Shown: positions 1 through 8,995 of the stretch, piece by piece
Numbering within the stretch: position 1 is the first letter of the stretch
Layout: every line of letters starts with the position of its first letter
Assembly (NCBI GenBank): GCA_038231275.1
Contig: JBBRLQ010000020.1
Location: 64,001 to 128,000 of the forward strand
Direction: 5' to 3'
DNA length: 64,000 nucleotides
From: Polyangiales bacterium
Lineage (GTDB): Bacteria > Myxococcota_A > Polyangia > Polyangiales > Polyangiaceae
Program-made: the position numbers and the translations under genes
The notes under the pieces: generated by a model
What the model was told of the DNA's origin: nothing
What the model saw: only the letters and a program-made list of their open reading frames with translations
Database searches by the model: none

Positions 1-74
1 TGCGCGGCAACCCGCGAGAGTGCACGCGCACGAGCTGGGCATTCGCCGTGCAATGCGATCGCGCGGGGCTCAAC

Positions 75-809
75 ATGAGATTCTTGAAGATCGGTTCCGC
101 TCTCGTGCCCATCCTCGGGCTCGGCTTCGTCGTCGCGTGCAGCTCGAGCAAAGGCTCGTCGTCGGCGAGCGCGCCGAGCACTGCGGGCGATGCGGGCGTC
201 GCGTCGGGCGACTCGGCCGCGCCGGGCGATCCGCCGACCGCGAGCGCCGCCGTGTGCGGGGCGCTGATCGCGTTCGATCAGCGGTGCTCGGACACCGCCG
301 AGATGCGCTCGAAGGCGTGCGGCGACGGCCGCAAGACCACGTGCGACGCGTGGACCAATACGATGGGCTCCGCCTACCGCGCCGCGGTTACCGCTTGCTA
401 CACCGGAACGGTCGGATGCAACGACATCGACGCTTGCATGAGCGAGAAGCTCACGCCGACTCAGCCGACCGCGGCCATGCTGAAGGTTCGCGACGACTAC
501 TGCGCGACGTGCGGCACCGAAGTGGGCGCCAGCTGCCACGACGACTTTTACAAGATCTCGAAGGACGAGGGGAACGGCGACGGCTTCCTCGTGCTCCAGG
601 TGAGCGACGCGGTCGCCGCCGCCATCGACGCGAAGTGCACCGGCTCCGCGCTTCATCCCGCCGACCTCGGCGCCACCACCTGCCGCGACGGCTTCCTGTA
701 TTGCGCCACGAACGAGCAGCAAAATGCAGGGCCGGGGCTCCCCGACTCTTGTTTCGCTCCGGCGCCGCCCGACGACGGTGGCACCACCGACGACGGCGGC
801 ACGGACTGA
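75..809 (+). CDS. Cys-rich lipoprotein, hypothetical
   Basis: ATG at 75, hydrophobic signal ending VVAC lipobox, many paired Cys, myxobacterial DAG/DGG linkers. Confidence 0.8.
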   Translation: MRFLKIGSALVPILGLGFVVACSSSKGSSSASAPSTAGDAGVASGDSAAPGDPPTASAAVCGALIAFDQRCSDTAEMRSKACGDGRKTTCDAWTNTMGSAYRAAVTACYTGTVGCNDIDACMSEKLTPTQPTAAMLKVRDDYCATCGTEVGASCHDDFYKISKDEGNGDGFLVLQVSDAVAAAIDAKCTGSALHPADLGATTCRDGFLYCATNEQQNAGPGLPDSCFAPAPPDDGGTTDDGGTD

Positions 810-955
810 CAAAGTGCTCGCGGCCTTCAAGGAGGCGGAGCGGGCGCGAGTAGCTGCGCCGGGATCGCAGGCGATGGCCGAACCAGGCCTGCCTCGCGAA
901 CCGGCGTTGTTTTCGTGCGCCTGGGCACTACGGTCTTATTTAAATTAAATACACG

Positions 956-1002
956 TCGAGGACCTGGCGGAGCGCGCTGCGCTTCCCGCATCAGGTCCTC
1001 GA
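956..1002 (-). terminator. long GC hairpin, probable intrinsic terminator between convergent genes
   Basis: TCGAGGACCTG (956-966) pairs with CAGGTCCTCGA (992-1002), with an inner stem; an AT/U-rich tract follows on the minus strand. Confidence 0.5.
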
Positions 1003-1090
1003 TCGCATCGCCTCGTGCTCGCTCTTTCGTCGCGGAGGCCTGTCCGCGACGAGATGAGTCTTCGACGTCCGTCCTTCGACGCGCGACGGT

Positions 1091-1444
1091 TCACGCGTCC
1101 GAGATACGCTCACGCTCGGTCTCGGGGCCGGCCGCCTCGAGCTGCTCTTCCGACGACTCGGCCTCGGGCACCGGCGGCGGCGGAGCGCTGCTCTTCTTGG
1201 TTCGAGGGCGATGCGGCGCGAGGCCGCCCTTGCGTCCCGCGACGCGCGCCTTCTCGGAGGTGAACTCGTGGGCAGTTCCGGCGCTGTGCGCCGCCTTTCC
1301 GCCCAGACTGGCGATCGCGCGAACGCGGTCGGCGTCCATCACGGCGAAGCCGCGGCGCGCGCGCGGGCGCGGTGCGGGGGGCTTGGCGCCCGTTTGATCG
1401 TTCGTGGTGTCTTCCATCGGCGAATGGTGCGCGTTGCTGTTCAC
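1091..1444 (-). CDS. KGG-repeat general stress protein (Con-10/YciG-like)
   Basis: RGFAVMDADRVRAIASLGGKAAH...HEFTSEKARVAGRKGG; start uncertain (GTG 1444 or ATG 1417). Confidence 0.85.
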   Translation of the reverse strand: MNSNAHHSPMEDTTNDQTGAKPPAPRPRARRGFAVMDADRVRAIASLGGKAAHSAGTAHEFTSEKARVAGRKGGLAPHRPRTKKSSAPPPPVPEAESSEEQLEAAGPETERERISDA

Positions 1445-1785
1445 GTCGGTCCTCTCTTTCTCTCGTTGTCGCTCGTGGCGTGTGGTCGCATGCGCGTCCG
1501 TCGTGGGCCTTCCCGCGTGAGTGCGCGAAACCATCCATCAGCACGACGCGTACCAAGCCGCGACGCGCCTCGAAATTCGGCGCCCGCCGCCCGACGTCCC
1601 CCTGTTCGGCGGCAAAAGCCCATGCGCGAGGCATCCTTTGATGTGGCGACGTTGCGCATGCGTGGCGTCCTGCCACATTGGCTGGCGCCCTCCGAATCGG
1701 GGCGACGAGCAGGTGACGTCGAATCACTTCGACGACGTCACGTATCCGTTTGCGTCCGCCCGCAATCGTGATCAAAGTAGGCCGG

Positions 1786-2211
1786 ATGGCGACGACGTCT
1801 GGGGTTCGTTCGCGGCGCCGGCGCATTCTCCTTGCCGAGGACAACCGCGACGAGCGCCAGATGTACGCGTCACGCATGCGAGAGGCGGGCTGGGACGTCG
1901 ACGAGATCGAGTCTGGCGCCGGCGCCCTCGAAGCGGCGGTCGCGGGCATGCCCGACGTCGTGATCACGGATCTGACCATGCCTGGAGTGGACGGCGCCGA
2001 AGCGACGCGACTCCTCAAGACGGACTCGCGCACCCGGCACATCCCGGTCGTCGTGCTCTCGGGCTTCCCCGAGCGGTCTTATGAGGCGTACCGCGCTGGT
2101 TGCCACACGTTCCTCAGCAAGCCGTGCCTCGTCGAGACCTTGCTCGAGATCATGGATGCGATGGGCCGCGAGGAGGCCCCGTCATCGCCGTCGCCTACGG
2201 GCGGCGGCTGA
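1786..2211 (+). CDS. single-domain CheY-like response regulator
   Basis: ILLAEDN, PDVVITDLTMPGVDG, IPVVVLSG, FLSKP. Confidence 0.92.
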   Translation: MATTSGVRSRRRRILLAEDNRDERQMYASRMREAGWDVDEIESGAGALEAAVAGMPDVVITDLTMPGVDGAEATRLLKTDSRTRHIPVVVLSGFPERSYEAYRAGCHTFLSKPCLVETLLEIMDAMGREEAPSSPSPTGGG

Positions 2212-2334
2212 TCGCGCGAGCCACATTTGCGCCACGACGCGCGCTTCTGCACCGCGCACCGCGCCGCCGTCGATGGCAAGCTCGGGGGATGCAACGAGCT
2301 CGTCCGAGGGCCCGCTTCTTGAAAGGCGGCCTTC

Positions 2335-2967
2335 ATGGACTCGACGAACGGCCTTTGTAGTCTGAGAGACGGCGTCGACGCGCTGGTCATGAGCGCCGCG
2401 TGGCGTCCCGCCGCGCTCGACGTCTTGCGCGGCGCACGTGAGGGGTGGACGCCCGCGGATCTCGCACGCTGGCTCCTGGGACCGTACACGCACGCTACGT
2501 CGCATGTACCGCGCGACGCAGACGACGGGCTCGCGGAGACCACACCTCCGCGCGGCGTCGACACCCGCCGAGTGTCCGAGGTCTTGTCGTCTTCGGCGAG
2601 CGACGTGGTGGACGCACTCGAGTGCGTGCGCTCACGCGGGACCGTGGAGTTCGTCCGGGCGGCGATCGACCAGGGCGCGATCGTCCCCACGTGGGACGGG
2701 TTCTGGCTCCCGATCGACAAGCCGCGCATGCTCCTGAGCGATCGCGTCTTGTCGCTCTTCGCCGCCGACTACCTCCTGCGTCCTCGCGACTACGTCACCG
2801 ATCTCGAGATCTGCGCGAAGTGCCGCGGCGTCGTGTTCGATCGCGCGGCGCGCCAGGCTGGCCTTTGCGGCGCGCATCGCATCCACGACCTCGTCGAAGT
2901 TCTTCGGCCCGCGAGCCGGCCTCCCCCGCCTCATTCGTACGCCGCGGCGGCTCACCGGATCTCGTAG
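2335..2967 (+). CDS. hypothetical protein with C-terminal CxxC...CxxH putative Zn finger
   Basis: ORF with GC-biased codons; DLEICAKCRGVVFD...LCGAH. Confidence 0.6.
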   Translation: MDSTNGLCSLRDGVDALVMSAAWRPAALDVLRGAREGWTPADLARWLLGPYTHATSHVPRDADDGLAETTPPRGVDTRRVSEVLSSSASDVVDALECVRSRGTVEFVRAAIDQGAIVPTWDGFWLPIDKPRMLLSDRVLSLFAADYLLRPRDYVTDLEICAKCRGVVFDRAARQAGLCGAHRIHDLVEVLRPASRPPPPHSYAAAAHRIS

Positions 2968-3227
2968 CGCTTTTCGACCGTAAGCTCGACCGGCTCCGGA
3001 TCGGGCGCGCTCGGATCGACCGGCACTGGCTCGTCGGCGCGCGGCGTGAAGCGCGTATCGCCGTACTTCGGAGGTGCGGCGCCCGCGTCGCCGATCTCCG
3101 CGCTCGACACCATCGTCTGCGACGGGGCGCCAGGGTCGGGGGCAAGCGGACCCGGGCCAGGCCAAGGCGCGCTCTTGCAAGCGACAGGGCCCAGCGTGAG
3201 AACGGCGACGACGATGAGCTGACGCAT
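2952..3227 (-). CDS. small Pro-rich lipoprotein
   Basis: MRQLIVVAVLTLGPVAC lipobox. Confidence 0.6.
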   Translation of the reverse strand: MRQLIVVAVLTLGPVACKSAPWPGPGPLAPDPGAPSQTMVSSAEIGDAGAAPPKYGDTRFTPRADEPVPVDPSAPDPEPVELTVEKRYEIR

Positions 3228-3270
3228 ACGACTCACCACAGCAAAGGTCATGCGCGCCGAACGCTCGCGC

Positions 3271-4419
3271 TCACGTCAGCAGGGCTCTCGCGATCACGAG
3301 GCGCTGCACCTCACTCGTCCCTTCGTAGATCATCGTGACGCGCACGTCGCGGAGGTGACGCTCTGCGGCGAACTCGCGGATGTAGCCGTAGCCGCCGTGG
3401 ATCTGGACTGCCATGTTCGCGATGCGGTTGGCGGCCTCCGTCGCGAAGACTTTGCTCATCGACGCTTCGCGCGAGAAGACGCGCTTGTTCTCTTTGAGCC
3501 ACGCCGCCCTCATGCAGAGCAGGTGCGCCGCGTCGAGCTGCGTGCGCATATCGGCGAGCTTCCACTGGATGGCCTGGAACTCGGCGATGGCCTTTCCGAA
3601 CTGCTTCCGATCGCGTGCATACTGCACGCTCTCCTCGAGCGCCGCGCGCGCGATGCCGATCGCCTGCGCGCTGATGCCGATTCGCCCGCCGTCGAGCGCC
3701 ATCATCGCGATCTTGAAGCCGCCGTGAAGCTGACCGAGGAGCGCGTCCTCCGGGACTCTGCAGCCGTCGAAGGTGAGCGGCACCGTGTTCGAGCCGCGGA
3801 TCCCCATCTTGTCCTCGGCGCGTCCGACCTTGAGGCCTGGCGTGCCGCCCTCGACGAGGAAGCACGAGATGCCGCGCGTTCCGGGGTGCGTGTCCTTCGG
3901 GGCGGTGCGCGCCCACACGACCATGACGCCCGCGTGGGCGCCGCTCGTGATCCACTGCTTGGTGCCGTCGATGACCCACGCGTCGCCGTCCTTGCGTGCG
4001 ACGGTGCCCATGCCGCCGGGATCGCTCCCCGCGTCCGACTCGGAGAGCGCGAATGCGCCCGCGATCCACTCTCCGCTCGCGAGCTTGGGGCAGCAGCGCT
4101 GCTTCTGCGCGTCGGTGCCGAACGCGGCAATGACCTCGCCGACCATGTTCGTGACGGCCATCGTCACCGCCGTCGACGCGCACGCCCGCGCGACCTCCTG
4201 CATCGCGAGCGCGTAGGACACCACGCCGGCGCCGGAGCCTCCGACCTCCTCCGGCACGTTCACCGCCATGAGACCGAGGTCGGCGAGGCCCTTCAGGATC
4301 TCTCGAGGAAATCGCTCCTTTTCGTCGATCTCGCGGGCCACCGGCGCGATGACGCGCGTGGCGAACTCGCGGGCGGTGTCCTGAACGAGCTTCTGCGTTT
4401 CGCTGAGAGAGAGGTCCAT
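3271..4419 (-). CDS. acyl-CoA dehydrogenase (short-chain/butyryl-CoA type)
   Basis: FALSESDAGSD, GTKQWIT, LDGGRIGI, QIHGGYGY, IYEGTSEVQR. Confidence 0.97.
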   Translation of the reverse strand: MDLSLSETQKLVQDTAREFATRVIAPVAREIDEKERFPREILKGLADLGLMAVNVPEEVGGSGAGVVSYALAMQEVARACASTAVTMAVTNMVGEVIAAFGTDAQKQRCCPKLASGEWIAGAFALSESDAGSDPGGMGTVARKDGDAWVIDGTKQWITSGAHAGVMVVWARTAPKDTHPGTRGISCFLVEGGTPGLKVGRAEDKMGIRGSNTVPLTFDGCRVPEDALLGQLHGGFKIAMMALDGGRIGISAQAIGIARAALEESVQYARDRKQFGKAIAEFQAIQWKLADMRTQLDAAHLLCMRAAWLKENKRVFSREASMSKVFATEAANRIANMAVQIHGGYGYIREFAAERHLRDVRVTMIYEGTSEVQRLVIARALLT

Positions 4420-4423
4420 GGGA

Positions 4424-5131
4424 TCAGATCCTGAACTCCACTTTGGCGCCCCAGCTGCCGGGGCTCGGCATCTTCCACCCCTTCACTTCACCCACGATGC
4501 AGTCGACCTTGTCGGACGCCTCCTTGGACGGGGCCGAGACGCCGACCGCTTGGACCTTGCCGTCTTTGTGGTGCGGCGCGACGTAGAGGGTGACGTGGAA
4601 CGTGGCCTTCACGCTCCCTTTGCACTTGTGCAGATCCTTTTCGTTCTTCCCGAGGATCGCGGCGATCTTGTCGGTGGGCCACGACGCGGGCGCGCGCCCT
4701 TCCGGATCGAAGCCGAGCGAGTTGCGGACTTCGGCGTCGCCTCCGTCGGGCTTCGGCCACTTGGTGGCGGTGACGACGTCGAGCATGCATTTTTCGGTGT
4801 CACGGTCGCCGAGGTTCGAGTCTTCGAGGAACGTCCATTTGACGCCACCGTCGGGGCCGACGCGAACGAAGAACTTCACGTCGCCGTGCAGGTACTCGAC
4901 GCGCTCTAGACCGGCTTTGCGGCAGCTCTCGAAATCGCCGTGGAGGCGGTTCCACGTCTTTTGGACCTCTGCCGGATCGATCGATCCGAGCTCTTGAGCG
5001 ACCGCCAGCTTCGGACGCTCGGGCTCGCGCGCGGTGATGGGCTCGGGGTCGGGCTGCTTCGCTTCGAGCTTCTCGCCGCCGCACGACGCGATGGCGAGCG
5101 GCGCCATGAGGAGCGCGGCGTACGGCTTCAT
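4424..5131 (-). CDS. lipoprotein with two AgmX/PglI-C (TonB-C-like) domains
   Basis: IASC lipobox; GSID...FESC...G.V...VG.DG.V...S.LGD...EKC....WPKP pattern, repeated. Confidence 0.7.
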   Translation of the reverse strand: MKPYAALLMAPLAIASCGGEKLEAKQPDPEPITAREPERPKLAVAQELGSIDPAEVQKTWNRLHGDFESCRKAGLERVEYLHGDVKFFVRVGPDGGVKWTFLEDSNLGDRDTEKCMLDVVTATKWPKPDGGDAEVRNSLGFDPEGRAPASWPTDKIAAILGKNEKDLHKCKGSVKATFHVTLYVAPHHKDGKVQAVGVSAPSKEASDKVDCIVGEVKGWKMPSPGSWGAKVEFRI

Positions 5132-5135
5132 CGCG

Positions 5136-6278
5136 TCAGCCCTTGAGGACGCTGGCGGCGATGACGATGCGCTGAATCTCGCTCGTTCCCTCGTAGATCT
5201 CGGTGATGCGCGCGTCGCGGTAGTGGCGCTCGACGGGGAACTCCGACGAGTAGCCGTAGCCGCCGTGGATCTGGATGGCCTTGTGCGCCACGCGCGTCGC
5301 CATCTCGCTCGCGAAGAGCTTCGCCTCGGCGGACTCCATCGTGTGGCGCGTCTTCTTGTCCTTCATCGTGGCCGCGCGCCACGTGAGGAGGCGCGCCGCG
5401 TCGAGCTCGGTCGCCATGTCGGAGAGCATGAACTGGATCGCCTGGTGCTGCGCGATCGGGACGCCGAAGCTCTTTCGCTCCTTTGCGTAGCCGACGCTGG
5501 TGCCGAGCGCCGCCTTCGCGATGCCGAGCGCTTGGCTCGCAATGCCGATGCGCCCGCCGTCGAGCGTCGCCATCGCGACCTTGAAGCCTTCACCCACGTT
5601 GCCGACCACCGCGCTCTCGGGGAGCTCGCAGCCCTCGAAGAACACCGTGCACGAGTGCGCGGCGTGGATTCCCAGCTTGTGGTCGCGCGGGTTCTGCGTG
5701 AAGCCCGGCGTGCCCTTGGGAATGAGGAAGGCGGTGTGCTTGATCTTCGGTCCCGAGCGATCGGTGACGGCGAACAGCAGGATGTAGTCGGCGTGGGGGC
5801 CGTTGGTGATCCAGTTCTTGGCGCCGTTGATGACCCAACCGCCGCTCGTCTTCTCGGCGCTCGTGGCCATCGTCTGGGCGTCGGAGCCGCTCATCGGCTC
5901 GGTGAGGCCGAAACAGCCGAGCTTCTTTCCGCTCGCGCACTCGGTGAGCGCCTCCTTCTTCTGCGCGTCGGTGCCGAACTTGAGGAGGGGGTCGCAGAAG
6001 AGCGAGTTGTTGACGCTCATGATGACGCCGCATGAGGCGCACGCGGCGCTGATCTCCTCCATCGCGAGGGCGTAGGAGAGCGTGTCCATCCCGGCGCCGC
6101 CGTACTCGGTGGGCACGGCCATTCCGAGGAAGCCGAGCTCCCCCATCTGCTTCACGATTTCGGCGGGCCAGCGGCCGTTCTTGTCGAGCTCGGCGGCCTT
6201 GGGCGCGACCTCGCGGGCCGCGAAATCACGGGCGGTCTGCTGGATGAGGCGCTGCTCCTCGGTGAAGTCGAAGTCCAT
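5136..6278 (-). CDS. acyl-CoA dehydrogenase (short-chain/butyryl-CoA type)
   Basis: FGLTEPMSGSD, GAKNWITNG, LDGGRIGI, QIHGGYGY, IYEGTSEIQR. Confidence 0.97.
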   Translation of the reverse strand: MDFDFTEEQRLIQQTARDFAAREVAPKAAELDKNGRWPAEIVKQMGELGFLGMAVPTEYGGAGMDTLSYALAMEEISAACASCGVIMSVNNSLFCDPLLKFGTDAQKKEALTECASGKKLGCFGLTEPMSGSDAQTMATSAEKTSGGWVINGAKNWITNGPHADYILLFAVTDRSGPKIKHTAFLIPKGTPGFTQNPRDHKLGIHAAHSCTVFFEGCELPESAVVGNVGEGFKVAMATLDGGRIGIASQALGIAKAALGTSVGYAKERKSFGVPIAQHQAIQFMLSDMATELDAARLLTWRAATMKDKKTRHTMESAEAKLFASEMATRVAHKAIQIHGGYGYSSEFPVERHYRDARITEIYEGTSEIQRIVIAASVLKG

Positions 6279-6327
6279 TGGAAGGACAGTAGTACCCGCG
6301 CGACGCAGTTGGAAGCGTCAGGTGCCT

Positions 6328-7110
6328 TCAGGGAGGCGCGATTTCGACGAGGCCGGGGACCTCTGCTGCGCGATCACGAAGGCGAGGCTTGGGGCGCACC
6401 GCGACCGGAATTTTCGACTCGCGGAGCATCGCCACGTCGAACGCGTTGTCGCCGAACGCGGCGTAGAGCGTGCGCTCGCCGACGGCGCGGCGGATCGCGG
6501 CGACCTTGCCGTGGCCGTAGGGGATGGGGCGCTCGACAGCCGCGAGCATGCGATCGCCGTCGAAGCGGGACGTGGCGGCGAGAACGTGCGACGCGTCGAC
6601 GCCCGCGCATCGCACCGCTTCTTCGACGACCGCACGCGGCGAGGCGCTCACGACGAGCACCTCCACGCCGCTCGCGCGCGCCCACGCGAGCGTCTCGGTC
6701 ACCTCGGGGTGGAGGCGCGCCGTGAGGCCGACCGCGCCGATCACATCGCGCGCGAACGACGCGACCTCGTCACGCATCCAGCCGGCGAAGGCCCACGTCA
6801 TCATCTCGCACACGAGCTCTTCGGGGTACGTGTGCGCGAGGTACGCGTCGTAGATGCGTCGCGCGATCTCTTGCGCGGTGCCGCCGTCGTCCACGCCGTG
6901 CGCCTTTGCGTCGACGCGGAGCTGCGCGTGCGCGGGCGCGAGGAACGGCCCCTTCGCGACGAGCGCGTGGAACAGATCTTCGCCCACGTCCCCGCTCCAC
7001 AGCGTGCCGTCGCCGTCGCATGCGAGCACGCCGCCCGGAGACACGTCGCGCGCCTCGGCGATCCGGCGCTGCACGTCGCTCCTCGTTTGCGTCTCCACGG
7101 GCGGCAGCAT
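6328..7110 (-). CDS. HAD-IB hydrolase (phosphoserine phosphatase-like)
   Basis: DGDGTLW motif I, VVSAS, GHGK, FGDNAFD motif IV. Confidence 0.88.
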   Translation of the reverse strand: MLPPVETQTRSDVQRRIAEARDVSPGGVLACDGDGTLWSGDVGEDLFHALVAKGPFLAPAHAQLRVDAKAHGVDDGGTAQEIARRIYDAYLAHTYPEELVCEMMTWAFAGWMRDEVASFARDVIGAVGLTARLHPEVTETLAWARASGVEVLVVSASPRAVVEEAVRCAGVDASHVLAATSRFDGDRMLAAVERPIPYGHGKVAAIRRAVGERTLYAAFGDNAFDVAMLRESKIPVAVRPKPRLRDRAAEVPGLVEIAPP

Positions 7111-7113
7111 ACC

Positions 7114-8166
7114 TCAGGGGACGGGCAGCTGGTTCACCGGAAGGGGCGGCTCGTCCTCGCCGCGCACGTGGAGCCGAAGTCGGCCGACCTCGGGCCCGTC
7201 AGTCGTGTCACCCTTGACGCTCTTGTCCGGCTTGTCCGGCTTGTCCGCCTTGTCCGCCTTGTCCGGCGCGTCGACGAGCGCGAGGCGCGCGGAGAGCTCG
7301 AAATCCCCCTTCGCGTCGAGCGGACAGCGCACGGGCAAAGGAACGGTCTGGCTGGTGCCGGGCGCGATCGAGCGCGCGTCGAGCTTCGTGGTGAGCGCAT
7401 CGCGCGCGCACGAGAACGGCGCGCCTTTGGACGTGATCGAGAGGACGACCCGCGCCGCGCCGAGCGCGAGGGGCTGTGCGCCGACGTTGGCGAAAAGGAG
7501 GCTCACGTGGTGGTCGCCGTGCTTCCACGCGCCAGGGGACAGCGCCTTGGTCTCGTTCTCGCCGATGAGGGCGACCTGCAGCGCCGGGCGATTCGGGAAG
7601 GCACGCGGTGCCCACGGCGCCGCGCCAGTCACCTCAAACGTGAAGGTGCCGATCGCATCGTCGTGACCTTCTTCACCCTCGCCGAATCGTGCCGCCACCG
7701 CGACGTCGTAGCGCCCCAGCGCCGGCATCGTGCAATCGATGTCGCGCTCGTAGGCGAAGCTCTGGCCCGGCGCGAGCTCCGGCGGCTCGGTGACCTTCAC
7801 CGCACCACCGACGTGCGGCGCACACACGAACGAGACGCCGTCGCGCCGCGTGTGGAACGACACACGCAGATCGGCGACCTTGGCCGGGCGCTCGCTCGTG
7901 TTGGTCAGCGTCACGCGCACGCGCCGCGCGCCTGGACCACCCGCCCCCTGGAGCCAGGCGGCCGTCGACGGAGCGGCGAGCTCCGCGGAGAGCTCGGGCC
8001 GCGACGCGAGCGCGTTTTTCGCGGACGGCGCTTTCGGCGCTTCCTCGACGACGGGCCGCAGCGGCGCGGCAAGAGGCTCGCGATCGACGGTGCCGCCCCC
8101 GCACCCCGCGACGACGACGGACGCGGCGGCGAGCGCACGCGCGCGAGATTCGGCGAAGTGGATCAC
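7114..8166 (-). CDS. lipoprotein with two Ig-like beta repeats, hypothetical
   Basis: VVAGC lipobox; two similar halves (VTLTN...C...LAPGQS...C and LLFAN...C...IAPGTS...C). Confidence 0.65.
   Translation of the reverse strand: MIHFAESRARALAAASVVVAGCGGGTVDREPLAAPLRPVVEEAPKAPSAKNALASRPELSAELAAPSTAAWLQGAGGPGARRVRVTLTNTSERPAKVADLRVSFHTRRDGVSFVCAPHVGGAVKVTEPPELAPGQSFAYERDIDCTMPALGRYDVAVAARFGEGEEGHDDAIGTFTFEVTGAAPWAPRAFPNRPALQVALIGENETKALSPGAWKHGDHHVSLLFANVGAQPLALGAARVVLSITSKGAPFSCARDALTTKLDARSIAPGTSQTVPLPVRCPLDAKGDFELSARLALVDAPDKADKADKPDKPDKSVKGDTTDGPEVGRLRLHVRGEDEPPLPVNQLPVP
7222..7266. repeat. 5 x 9-bp tandem repeat CTTGTCCG[G/C] encoding DK[A/P]
   Basis: directly visible in sequence. Confidence 0.9.
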
Positions 8167-8200
8167 GCGCCTACGATACCAGCCATTTCGTCCCTCGCGG

Positions 8201-8875
8201 TCAACCCGCTTCGCTGCCGCGCGCCATCCCCGCCGTCATCATCACGCGGAACGCCCGCATCACGTTCGCGACGTGCTGCTCGAGTTGCAGGGCTGCGCCG
8301 GGCTGCTTCATCTGGAGGGGGCCGTCGAGGAGCAAGCTCGCGAGGCCGTGCGACATCGCCCAGCACATCGAGATGAGCGCCTGCTCCTTGCCCTCCCACC
8401 CCTTCCCCTTGCCGACGTACTTCTGTACGACGCCGACGAGCTCCGCGAAGGCCTCCTCGGCCCGGCAGTGCGCCTCCGGGAATTTTTCCATCTCGACGAG
8501 CTCGCGTCGGAACATGATCCGGAAGTGCGCCGGGAAGGCGAGCGCGAACGCGACGTACGCGTTGCCGCAGCGCTCCAGCTGCTCGCCCACGTCCGCGGCG
8601 GGCGGCGTCTGCGCGGCGCGCATGCGCGTCTGGAGCTCGCGAAATCCCTCTTCGCAGATCGCCGCGAGGATCGCCGCGCGGTCTTCGAAGTGGTGGTAGG
8701 GCGCTTGATGGCTGACGCCGGCGCGGCGCGCGACCTCGCGCATGCTGAGCGATCCGAGCCCTTGCTCGTCGATCAGCGCGACGCTCGCGCGGAGGATGCG
8801 CGCGCGCAGATCCTGTTCATCGGCCGGAGGTCTCTCCGCGGAGCGGGCCGCGGTCGCACGAAGGTTGCGAGCCAT
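8201..8875 (-). CDS. TetR/AcrR family regulator (WHG-type C-terminus)
   Basis: LSMREVARRAGVSHQAPYHHF; WAMSHG. Confidence 0.95.
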   Translation of the reverse strand: MARNLRATAARSAERPPADEQDLRARILRASVALIDEQGLGSLSMREVARRAGVSHQAPYHHFEDRAAILAAICEEGFRELQTRMRAAQTPPAADVGEQLERCGNAYVAFALAFPAHFRIMFRRELVEMEKFPEAHCRAEEAFAELVGVVQKYVGKGKGWEGKEQALISMCWAMSHGLASLLLDGPLQMKQPGAALQLEQHVANVMRAFRVMMTAGMARGSEAG

Positions 8876-8900
8876 TCTTCATGGCACTGTGGCCCTCCGA

Positions 8901-8976
8901 CTTGACACCGTCAAGGCCACACCGTAGACACTGTCAATGGACACTGTCACGTGACGCCGTCACCTGACACCGTCCG
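8901..8976 (+). promoter_or_regulatory. sigma70-like promoter overlapped by five GAC-N3/5-GTC palindromic boxes (putative TetR operators)
   Basis: TTGACA (8902) N17 TAGACA (8925); boxes at 8902, 8925, 8938, 8951, 8964. Confidence 0.75.
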
Positions 8977-8995
8977 GTGACCGGTTGGAGGAGCG

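Noticed and set aside
8901..8976. CRISPR-like array
   Set aside because: 13-bp abutting units with no spacers and no cas genes; fits operator sites better
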